A stretch of DNA of 43,441 nt from Thermoplasmata archaeon (GTDB lineage: Archaea > Thermoplasmatota > Thermoplasmata > Lutacidiplasmatales > UBA184): NCBI GenBank assembly GCA_049582265.1, contig JBAUTP010000099.1, forward strand, positions 1 through 43,441. Direction: 5' to 3'. The position numbers were made by a program, and so were the translations under genes. This document shows positions 36,183 to 43,441 of the stretch, piece after piece; positions within the stretch are counted from its first letter, which is position 1; each line of letters opens with the position of its first letter. The notes beneath the pieces are model-generated. The model had not been told where the DNA came from. It was given only the letters and a program-made list of their open reading frames with translations, and ran no database searches.

Positions 36183-36461
36183 TTACTTGTACGTCGAGTG
36201 GTGGACGTTCCCTTCATCGTCGGTGATGAGGATACACTCCCCTTCGCATTCGAAGAGGCAGGCCTCGCACACGATGCACTCCGGACCGTTCACGGCGAGC
36301 GACTTCTCCCCGCGGAACTGGAACTTCGCTCCCACGGCCGCATCATCCACGACATCGGGGAACTGGTCACGGGGCTTGAGCTCGAAAACATTGACCGGAC
36401 ATACATCCCGACAGTGGGCGCATCCGGTGCACTTGCCGAGATCGATGTCGACCTGAACCAT
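36183..36461 (-). CDS. 2x[4Fe-4S] ferredoxin
   Basis: 'CTGCAHCRDVCP' and 'CIVCEACLFECEGEC'. Start at ATG 36461 (MVQVDIDLGKC). Confidence 0.8.
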   Translation of the reverse strand: MVQVDIDLGKCTGCAHCRDVCPVNVFELKPRDQFPDVVDDAAVGAKFQFRGEKSLAVNGPECIVCEACLFECEGECILITDDEGNVHHSTYK

Positions 36462-36655
36462 AGACGGCTCCCGAGGAGATTTCCACTGGTCCAGTCTATT
36501 TAGGCTTTGGCCCGGACGTGTGCGTCGATGGCGTTCCACCCCCCGCAGGAGCCCGTACTTTCGACGTTCGCACGAGGACAGAGCCGCCCCGTCGAATCAC
36601 GGTTGTCGCACGAAGTTCCCGGCGGGGTGATTCTCGCTCGGCGGCTTACGCCCGG

Positions 36656-37477
36656 TCAGAATCGCACGATGCTGCCGGTGGCAAGCGCCCGTCGTTCGAA
36701 GACCTTCCAGAGCCCGATGGCCAGTCCGTAGGAGAAGGCGGCGGCCAACCCGACAGCGAACCAGAGCACGGCGATCGAGTTCAAGGAGCCTCCGGCGACC
36801 GAGGCGCGCACCGCGGCCAATCCCCACGTGAGCGGGAATCCGTATCCCATCCACTGAAGGATCGTCGGCAATTGCGAGGTCGGAAAGTTGACCCCCGAAA
36901 GGAGCAACCCGATGAACAGGAAGATGTTCCCCAGGATGATCGATGTTCTGAGGTAGAGTGCGACACCCCCCAGGAGAAGTCCAAAACCTACCATCGCGAA
37001 GGCCGTGAGCGTGACCGAGACGGCCAACGAGGGTACCGACGAAGGCGCGACGTGGACCCCGAACAGCGCTACCGCGTAGAGGATGCCGACGGTCACCGTG
37101 GCGAGCGAGATCAGGATGGGCAGCAACCCTCGACCAAAGTAGAGCGCAATCCGATTCGTGGGCGTCACGAGAAGGTGCTCCATCGTGCCCTGCTGCTTTT
37201 CGCTGTCCGTCGTCTGGCACACGGAAAAGATGCTCGAGTAGGTCACGGTCGCGACGGCATTGCCGAGAGCCGTGTAAGCCACCTCGGAGGCTCCGCCATC
37301 GCTGACTTTGACGACGAATGCGAAGAAAACCATCTGCATGAGCGGGATAATGAAGATCGTCCCCAGGACGAAGTCGATCCGCATGAAGCCCAATGTTGTT
37401 CGAGGGGCGATGAGGGCATTCGTCCAGAGCGTCCTCCAGAACGAGACGTGATTGCCCGGAAGTGTCACTGATGCCAT
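36656..37477 (-). CDS. ABC-2 type transporter permease
   Basis: 273 aa with about 6 TM helices. Downstream of a second permease and an ABC ATPase. Confidence 0.75.
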   Translation of the reverse strand: MASVTLPGNHVSFWRTLWTNALIAPRTTLGFMRIDFVLGTIFIIPLMQMVFFAFVVKVSDGGASEVAYTALGNAVATVTYSSIFSVCQTTDSEKQQGTMEHLLVTPTNRIALYFGRGLLPILISLATVTVGILYAVALFGVHVAPSSVPSLAVSVTLTAFAMVGFGLLLGGVALYLRTSIILGNIFLFIGLLLSGVNFPTSQLPTILQWMGYGFPLTWGLAAVRASVAGGSLNSIAVLWFAVGLAAAFSYGLAIGLWKVFERRALATGSIVRF

Positions 37478-37498
37478 GGACTGCCCGTTCGTGTCCCC

Positions 37499-38305
37499 TC
37501 AGTACCAGCTCAGGTCCCCGGCAGCGAGAACATGCTGTTCCACCCGTTTGAACACAGTTCCGGCAATGGCCAGGTAGACGCCCATCGACGCAACGGCTCC
37601 CACGATATCGATCCAGAATCCCCATCCGAATCCGACGTAGCCTGGAATCGAAAGGTAGCGAAGAGCATCCAGCGCCCAGGTGGGGGGGAAGATGAGCGCA
37701 ATCGGATTCGTCCAGAACGGGAGGAGGACGACGGGGAACATGCAGCCGGTTCCTACGTAGAACGCGAACTCCCCGACGTTCTGGATGAATCCAGCGTATC
37801 GCGTGTACACCCAAGCTGCGGTGAAGAGGATCCCGACGCTCGCCAGCGTCAGCATGACGAAAACGAACAGCACGATGAACCCGACCGGGTCGGACACGGC
37901 GGGAGGACTTCCCGCGGCGACCACGACGACGAGGTAGACAATCGCCCCGCCCAGCAGCCCCGAGACAACGTTCCACAGGATCCGACCCATCACGATGAAA
38001 ATGTACGGTGTGGGTGACTGCACGGTCGGCTCGAGCGTGCCGAACTCGCGGTCGAGCCCGATCGCCCAACCGCTCCCGTAGAGCGTCTGGCCCCACATGC
38101 TCATCATGCCGGCGCCCAGAATGGCGTACGTGAGGAAGTACGGTCCCGCTCCACGGAACAGCTCGAACGCCACGAGGCCGAAGACCACCGGCGCGATGAG
38201 CGACGGGATCAGCCACTGCGGGTCGGCCATGAACAAGAGCAGGGATAGGCGAAGCGAGGCTGCGGTGGATCGCGAACGAGAGACGTGGGACGGCTCCGCG
38301 AGCAT
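37499..38305 (-). CDS. ABC-2 type transporter permease
   Basis: 268 aa, polytopic. Its start abuts the ATPase stop. Confidence 0.75.
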   Translation of the reverse strand: MLAEPSHVSRSRSTAASLRLSLLLFMADPQWLIPSLIAPVVFGLVAFELFRGAGPYFLTYAILGAGMMSMWGQTLYGSGWAIGLDREFGTLEPTVQSPTPYIFIVMGRILWNVVSGLLGGAIVYLVVVVAAGSPPAVSDPVGFIVLFVFVMLTLASVGILFTAAWVYTRYAGFIQNVGEFAFYVGTGCMFPVVLLPFWTNPIALIFPPTWALDALRYLSIPGYVGFGWGFWIDIVGAVASMGVYLAIAGTVFKRVEQHVLAAGDLSWY

Positions 38306-39289
38306 CTAGGTCGCCTCTTCCTCCACGAGATCGAGATACACGTCTTCGAGCGACGTTCTTCGCTCTCGCACTTGGAGTTCCGCGTGGCCGGGAAGGACCG
38401 TTTGCACATCCTCGGACGTCGTTTCCAACGTTCGCAGTCGCATCGTTAACCGCGTCCGGGGACCGAATTCCTCGCTTACCACCTTCGACACCCCCGGCAG
38501 TCGTCGAAGGGCATCGACCTCGACATCCTCGAACCCGTACGCTTCGGCCTCCAGCGTGCGGTCACCTCCGACGAGATGGCGCAAGCCCGCGACCGTGTCG
38601 CGCGCCACGATCCTCCCTTTCGACATGACGGCAAGCTCGGGACAGAGCTCCTCCGCCTCGAACATGTAATGCGTCGTGAGGAAGATCGTCATTCCCTCGG
38701 TGACCAGCGAACGCACGAGCTTTCGAATCTCGCGCGCGCTCTTCGGGTCGAGACCGATCGTCGGCTCATCGAGGAAAAGCACCTGGGGACGATGGAGAAT
38801 ACCCCGGGCCAGGTGGAGTTTCTGCTTCATCCCGCGGGAATACTCCTCGACGCGACGCGTGGCGGCCCACGTCAGGTCGACTCGCTCGAGGACCCGGGTG
38901 ATGCGCTCCTCCCGCTCGCGGATTGGAATGCCGTAGAGGTCGGCAAAGTAGCGTAGGTTGTCGCGGCCGTTGATCCGATTGTACAACCCCCGTTCACCGC
39001 CGAGCACCAGGCCAATGCGCGGCCGTAGCCACGTGGCGTCCTTGGCGACGTCGTGCCCGAGCACGAACGCCCGACCCGAGGTCGGAAGCAAGAGCGTGGA
39101 GAGGATCTTCACGAAGGTGGTCTTGCCCGCCCCGTTGGGTCCGAGAAGCCCGAAGATCGCGCCAGGCTCCACGGCCAGCTCGACCCCGCGCAGCGCTTCC
39201 GTTCGGGTCACCTCTCGAAAGAGGAAGCCCTTACGACTCTCGAAGACGCGCGTGATGCCACGCGTTTCGATCGCCCATTCTTTCGTCAT
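38306..39289 (-). CDS. ABC transporter ATP-binding protein (DrrA/ABC-2 exporter type)
   Basis: Walker A 'GPNGAGKTT', Q-loop, signature 'YSRGMKQKL', Walker B 'VLFLDEPT', H-loop 'TTHYM'. Confidence 0.9.
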   Translation of the reverse strand: MTKEWAIETRGITRVFESRKGFLFREVTRTEALRGVELAVEPGAIFGLLGPNGAGKTTFVKILSTLLLPTSGRAFVLGHDVAKDATWLRPRIGLVLGGERGLYNRINGRDNLRYFADLYGIPIREREERITRVLERVDLTWAATRRVEEYSRGMKQKLHLARGILHRPQVLFLDEPTIGLDPKSAREIRKLVRSLVTEGMTIFLTTHYMFEAEELCPELAVMSKGRIVARDTVAGLRHLVGGDRTLEAEAYGFEDVEVDALRRLPGVSKVVSEEFGPRTRLTMRLRTLETTSEDVQTVLPGHAELQVRERRTSLEDVYLDLVEEEAT

Positions 39290-39446
39290 GGTGCGGAGGC
39301 GCCCCCCACTCGTGCACTCCTACAAATAGGTCGTTTATCGGAGTGCGGAGAGGTGGCGTAACACTGGGCGATGGGCGCCGTTCGGAGACCCGTTACCGGG
39401 GGACGGGACGCGTTTCGGTTATCGTGGCCCGAGGTATCCCCACGCT

Positions 39447-40214
39447 GTGGCGCAGGTCCTGCTGGGCACGAGCGGTTGGGACTACCCCGAATGGGTTGGC
39501 CGGGTGTACCCTCGCCACGGCGCCAGCGATAAGTTACGGTTCTATACGGGCCTCTTCCCAATCGTGGAGATCGATGCCACCTTCTACCAGCTTCCCCCCG
39601 TGGGCGTTGCCGAATCGTGGGTGAAGCGCACTCCCAAACGGTTCAAGTTCGCCGCCAAGTTTCCGCAGACGATCACGCATCAACGTCGCCTGGTCGGGGC
39701 CGACAGCGAACTCCGGCAGTTTCTCCATGTGCTTCGACCTCTTCGCGAGTCCGGTAAGTTCGTGGCGGCGCTGCTGCAGCTCCCGCCCTCGCTCCCCTTC
39801 GAACCCGCTACCGTGCGCGCGTTCTATGATAGCCTTCCTCCGGAGCTACCGGTGGCGGTCGAGTTCCGGGAGCGGTCGTGGCTCAGCCCCGAGTCGCTCG
39901 ACCTCCTTCGGGAACACCACTTTGCCTACGTAGTTGTGGACGAGCCGCACTTGCCCGTCCAGCTCGACGTGACCGGTCCGTTCGCCTACGTTCGATGGCA
40001 TGGACACGGAAACCCGGTGTGGTACGATTACACCTATTCCGCTGCCGAGATCGCTGCCTGGGTGCCCCGGATCACGGAGCTCTCCGAACGCGCGCCCGCG
40101 ATCTATGGGTTCTTCAACAACCACTTTCGGGGAGACGCATCCCAGAACTGCCAGACCTTGACCGAACTGTTAGGACTCCCGCCCCCGCCTTGGACCTCGA
40201 AGCTCGTTCCGTAG
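39447..40214 (+). CDS. DUF72 family protein
   Basis: 'LLGTSGWDYPEWVGRVYP', 'FPIVEIDATFYQ', 'VEFRERSW', 'YVRWHG', 'FFNNHFRG' form the classic DUF72 pattern. GTG start. Confidence 0.85.
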   Translation: MAQVLLGTSGWDYPEWVGRVYPRHGASDKLRFYTGLFPIVEIDATFYQLPPVGVAESWVKRTPKRFKFAAKFPQTITHQRRLVGADSELRQFLHVLRPLRESGKFVAALLQLPPSLPFEPATVRAFYDSLPPELPVAVEFRERSWLSPESLDLLREHHFAYVVVDEPHLPVQLDVTGPFAYVRWHGHGNPVWYDYTYSAAEIAAWVPRITELSERAPAIYGFFNNHFRGDASQNCQTLTELLGLPPPPWTSKLVP

Positions 40215-40227
40215 GGGACGATCCTGT

Positions 40228-40431
40228 TCAGTACTGCAGGATGAGCGACCGGCATTCCTTGCAACGAAAGCCGGTCAAGTAGACCATTCCGAACGAGTCC
40301 GGCTTGGCGAGCTCTTCGCCACCGAACGCGAGCCGAGTCCGCTCGAGGAACCACTTCGAGCCATGGATGATGCTCTCGGAGCCCAGGTAGCCCGGCGACA
40401 TGGGTTTCTGGCAGTGGGGGCAGTTAGGCAT
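40228..40431 (-). CDS. small zinc-ribbon protein (67 aa)
   Basis: 'MPNCPHCQKPM...FRCKECRSLILQY': CxxC pairs at both termini around a beta-rich core. Start at ATG 40431, inside a longer 208-aa ORF. Confidence 0.55.
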   Translation of the reverse strand: MPNCPHCQKPMSPGYLGSESIIHGSKWFLERTRLAFGGEELAKPDSFGMVYLTGFRCKECRSLILQY

Positions 40432-40618
40432 GGCGACCGTTACGCCCCGTATAGGCGGTACTGGCGGGATAACGGTTCCGGATTCAGGGTCGTCTCCGAG
40501 CGGGGAAGCGTCGGGGGCGACGCCCCACCATGCAACGCCTGGTTCCCAGAGCGTTTCTAGGGCTCCAGTCCGCGGCTTAAGTGCCGTCCGCCCCGTCGAA
40601 CCCGCTCGAGGCATCGCG

Positions 40619-41503
40619 ATGTGGAACGACGATCCCCGGGTCATGGACCTCTCGGCCGAGACCTTGGAGTCCCCGTTCCTGCCCCCGTGGGAGCCCGTCG
40701 ATGAGGTTCGGGAGGACCGAACCGTCCGCTCTCCCCGTTCCGTTCTCCGGATCCCCCGACGCCGCCCTTCAACGACCGGGTCCGGCCGTATCCTACCGGA
40801 GGATCCACCGCTGTTCGATTGGCTCTCCCATCGATTCCATGCTGGCGAAGCCACCCTGTGGGTGGGAACCTCGCGTGCCCTCGACGAGCTACTCGAGATG
40901 CTCTATGCGGCGAGCGCGGGCGTCGGAGGACGTATCTCCCTGCTCGAGAGCGCCAATCGGTTCCAGCCCTACCGTGTCGGGGAACGGGCCCGCGGCCTGG
41001 GGATCGACCCCGGAGAAGCACTCGCGCGTATCCGGCTCGCCCGTGCATTCACCGCATATCAGTTGGTCGCGCTCGTCGATGCCTGGGCCCGCGAGGTCCG
41101 TCGGACCCATCCCACGCTTCTCGTCGCCCACGGCCTGGCGGACCTGCTCGCGAGCGAGGAGGTACCCGAGGTGGAACGTCTTCCGCTGTTCCATCACGTG
41201 GCGGACACGCTCCACGAGCTCGTGCGGTCCGAAGGGCGGCCGTTGCTCCTCACATGCCCCCGAGGTTTCGATGAGTTCCCCGGACTTCGCGAACACGGTC
41301 CTACGCTGTTCGACCTCGTGCAATGCGTGGCCTATCCCCATCACTGGGCGTTGGATGGATTCCGCGACGGATCCCGACTGATGCTGGTGGACCGAACACC
41401 GGGACAGCTCGGGCTCGAACAATTCCTGCCGCATGAACCCACGGAGGTGTTGCAATGGGCCGCACGGTCCCCACGTACCGCCAGGCGCTCGAAGAGCGGA
41501 TGA
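40619..41503 (+). CDS. RecA/RadB-superfamily-like protein with degenerate Walker A and B motifs (predicted pseudo-ATPase)
   Basis: Collinear by eye with RadB/RadA cores. 'GEATLWVGTSRALDELL' stands where 'G..i.G..GsGKT.l' is expected. 'ISLLESANRFQPYRV' corresponds to 'yvDTEg.F.peRl'. 'GIDPGEALARIRLARAFTAYQ' corresponds to 'gld.eeaL..i...r.....q'. 'TLLVAHGLADLL' stands where 'lvvvDSi..l' is expected. I chose the start at ATG 40619 to avoid the antisense gene. Confidence 0.5.
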   Translation: MWNDDPRVMDLSAETLESPFLPPWEPVDEVREDRTVRSPRSVLRIPRRRPSTTGSGRILPEDPPLFDWLSHRFHAGEATLWVGTSRALDELLEMLYAASAGVGGRISLLESANRFQPYRVGERARGLGIDPGEALARIRLARAFTAYQLVALVDAWAREVRRTHPTLLVAHGLADLLASEEVPEVERLPLFHHVADTLHELVRSEGRPLLLTCPRGFDEFPGLREHGPTLFDLVQCVAYPHHWALDGFRDGSRLMLVDRTPGQLGLEQFLPHEPTEVLQWAARSPRTARRSKSG

Positions 41504-41718
41504 AGCGGTGGGAGGCGTTCGGGCGCCTCCTTACCACGCCCGAGGAGCGCGCGGCATTTGAACGTCTCCAGACGGGAGCCCGCCGATATGTGGCGCAGGC
41601 CACGTACGCGGGAAGTCCTGACCTTCTCGAATCGCTCCTCCTTTCGGTCCTGCTCGATTTGACCGTGCGCTCCTCGGCCGACCGCGCTCGAGCGAACCTC
41701 TCTCCTCCCTCCAAGTGA
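41455..41718 (+). CDS. hypothetical helical protein (87 aa) between the RecA-like gene and PolB
   Basis: ORF overlaps the upstream gene by 49 nt and ends 28 nt before the PolB ATG. No motif recognised. Confidence 0.4.
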   Translation: MGRTVPTYRQALEERMKRWEAFGRLLTTPEERAAFERLQTGARRYVAQATYAGSPDLLESLLLSVLLDLTVRSSADRARANLSPPSK

Positions 41719-41746
41719 TCCTCCCGCGGTGGCGCGGCGCCGATCG

Positions 41747-43441
41747 ATGACCCAGGGATGGCTCCTGGACATCACGGATGCGCGCGACGGTCGCGGTGTC
41801 GTCCTGTGGCTGAAATCGGCTAGGACCGGCCGAGTGGAGCCCCGTCGGGAATCGTTCCGTCCACCCTTCTGGGTGGACGGCCCTCGGGAGTTGCTCCACG
41901 AAGTGGCGAAGGAGCTTGCCGTCCATCCCGATGTGGCCGAGGTGACGTGGCGAACGGCCCGACCCTCGCTGTTCGATCATCGCCACCGGCGTCTCTTGGC
42001 GGTGACCGCAGAACGCAACACGCGCCGTCGAACGCTCGCGGGTCAGGTGGACGCGCGAGGGAACTACCATGCGCTCACGCTGTACGATGTGGACCTCGGA
42101 GCCCCCCAGCTCTTCCATCTCACGCACGACCTCTACCCCTTCGCACCGGTGACGATCACCTCCGAGACGGTAACCGCGAACGAGCCGGCCGAAACGATTG
42201 ACTATGCGGCCCCCCCGCTCACCACCGCCAAGCTATCGGTCGAGCTCGACGGCTACACCCGGGGTCGCATCCCCCCGCTTGACGGAAGAATACGGGTGAT
42301 ACGGGTCGGAGGGGCGCGTCTCGAAGGAGGGGAGCGAGACCTTTTAGAAGAGCTCCCCCGAGAGCTCGCTCGCCAGGACCCGGACGTTCTCCTCACGGAC
42401 GGAGGGGATGCCTTCGACCTACCGTGGCTCTACCGGCGTGCCCAGGCCCTGGGCCTTTCCGAGCGGACGTTCTACTTAGGGAGGGAGCCGGTGTCGTTCC
42501 AGGCCGCGCGTCCGGCGCGGTCGTTCGAGACGTACGGCAGGGTGCTCCACGTCGCGGCGACCTTCCCTCTGGCGGGACGATTTCACGTGGACGGGGACAA
42601 TTCCTTTCTCTTTGATGACGCCCGTTTGGACGGGCTCGTCGAAGCTGCACGGCTCGCCCGTCTCTCCCTACAGACCGTCGTGCGGCAATCGCCCGGGACC
42701 TGCTTTACCGCCATGGAAATGGCCCACGCCCTGGCCGACGGCGTTCACATTCCGTGGAAGAAGAACCGTCCCGAGGAGTTCAAATCGGCCCGACAGCTCG
42801 TGGCGGCGGACCGGGGGGGCGTCATCTTCGTTCCGCCCGTCGGGATCTTCGACCGGGTGGACGAGTTTGACTTTGCCAGTCTCTATCCCCACATCATGGT
42901 CCGACGGAACCTCTCGACGGAGACGCTCAATTGCCGGTGTTGTCCGGAAAGCCCGCACGTCGCACCGGGGTTGGGCTATCGCTCCTGCGTGAAACGCGTG
43001 GGCCTCATTCCCCGCACGCTCTCTCCGCTCCTCACCCGGCGGCTCGCGTACAAGCGACGCCTCAAGGAGGCCGGGCTCTCGCCTCGCGAACGTGCCCGGC
43101 TGACCCACCGGGTCAAGATGCTCAAATGGGTGCTCGTGACGGCCTTCGGCTACCAGGGGTACCGGAACGCCCGCTTCGGGCGCATCGAGTGTCACGAAGC
43201 GATCAACGCCTACGCCCGCGAACTGTTGGCTCGGCTCCTTCCGGCGGCGGAAGCGGCCGGATACCGCGTGCTCCATGGTCTCGTGGATTCGTTGTGGCTG
43301 GTTCCCGTAGGACCGGGGGAACCGGACGCCGAAGCGTTCGCGGTCCGGATGAGCGAGCGGTTCGACCTTCCGTTGGGCTACGAAGGACGGTACCGTTGGA
43401 TCGTCTTCCTGCCGGCGGTAACACATGGGCTCGGGGTTCCG
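41747..43441 (+). CDS. polB: family B DNA polymerase, 3'-partial (runs off the window), with substituted exonuclease and polymerase motifs (PolB2-like, possibly inactivated)
   Basis: Hand translation gives an open frame of 565 codons from ATG 41747 to the window end. The ORF track omits it because it has no stop. Motif A 'DFASLYPHIM' (42869-). Motif B 'KWVLVTAFGYQGY' (43124-). Motif C 'GYRVLHGLVDSLWL' (HGLVDS 43274-43291). ExoII-like 'GGDAFDLPWL'. Confidence 0.8.
   Translation, partial: MTQGWLLDITDARDGRGVVLWLKSARTGRVEPRRESFRPPFWVDGPRELLHEVAKELAVHPDVAEVTWRTARPSLFDHRHRRLLAVTAERNTRRRTLAGQVDARGNYHALTLYDVDLGAPQLFHLTHDLYPFAPVTITSETVTANEPAETIDYAAPPLTTAKLSVELDGYTRGRIPPLDGRIRVIRVGGARLEGGERDLLEELPRELARQDPDVLLTDGGDAFDLPWLYRRAQALGLSERTFYLGREPVSFQAARPARSFETYGRVLHVAATFPLAGRFHVDGDNSFLFDDARLDGLVEAARLARLSLQTVVRQSPGTCFTAMEMAHALADGVHIPWKKNRPEEFKSARQLVAADRGGVIFVPPVGIFDRVDEFDFASLYPHIMVRRNLSTETLNCRCCPESPHVAPGLGYRSCVKRVGLIPRTLSPLLTRRLAYKRRLKEAGLSPRERARLTHRVKMLKWVLVTAFGYQGYRNARFGRIECHEAINAYARELLARLLPAAEAAGYRVLHGLVDSLWLVPVGPGEPDAEAFAVRMSERFDLPLGYEGRYRWIVFLPAVTHGLGVP

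Noticed and set aside
36597-38216. 539-aa minus-strand ORF spanning both ABC-2 permease genes (and the 317-aa plus-strand ORF 36518..37471)
   Set aside because: It is an alternative frame with an Arg/Gly/Pro/His-rich translation. The two separate ~270-aa hydrophobic ORFs make biological sense next to the ABC ATPase.
40400-40618. N-terminal 73 aa of the 367-aa ORF (start at 40400)
   Set aside because: This part overlaps the better-supported antisense Zn-ribbon gene (40228-40431) and is low-complexity Gly/Ser/Pro/Thr. The RecA-like similarity begins well downstream, so I preferred ATG 40619.
1-43441. Inteins in polC, nrdJ, atpA or polB; CRISPR arrays; IS elements
   Set aside because: Protein lengths and collinear motifs leave no intein-sized insertions. 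I saw no regularly spaced direct repeats, and no transposase, integrase or Cas-like ORFs in any frame.

Overview
GC-rich archaeal chromosomal segment. The archaeal call rests on the PolD large subunit, an A1A0 (A/V-type) ATP synthase, PurP, TATA-box/leaderless-style promoters and an intron-containing tRNA. About 45 tightly packed genes, many with 4-nt ATGA/GTGA start-stop overlaps. Left to right: PolD DP2 (5' partial); an intron-containing tRNA-Arg; a wHTH regulator plus a small unknown protein; a three-subunit molybdenum hydroxylase (FAD, 2Fe-2S and Mo subunits); purP; gcvT; an AAA_16/TPR STAND-like ATPase overlapping nadC-nadA; a small membrane protein; PolX; GNAT; a DUF2400/TIGR02757 protein plus a coupled unknown; HxlR; class II RNR (nrdJ); two tiny proteins; rnz-hutI; DUF929; DUF169; the ATP synthase genes split into two convergent blocks (KEC versus FABD-H-I); a ferredoxin; an ABC-2 exporter (ATPase plus two permeases); DUF72; a Zn-ribbon protein; and a three-gene cassette that runs off the 3' edge, made of a RecA/RadB-like protein with degenerate Walker motifs, an 87-aa protein and a family B DNA polymerase with substituted motifs. 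I saw no rRNA, CRISPR array, transposase or integrase. The most interesting items are the RecA-like/PolB cassette (40.6-43.4 kb), a tRNA-Arg(UCG) interrupted by a 27-nt intron in the T-arm (missing from the ORF track and easy for gene finders to miss), a self-contained unit for a small, very basic tandem-repeat protein, and the rearranged ATP synthase locus with an unlisted 43-codon membrane ORF. All family assignments come from by-eye motif recognition. No database search was run.
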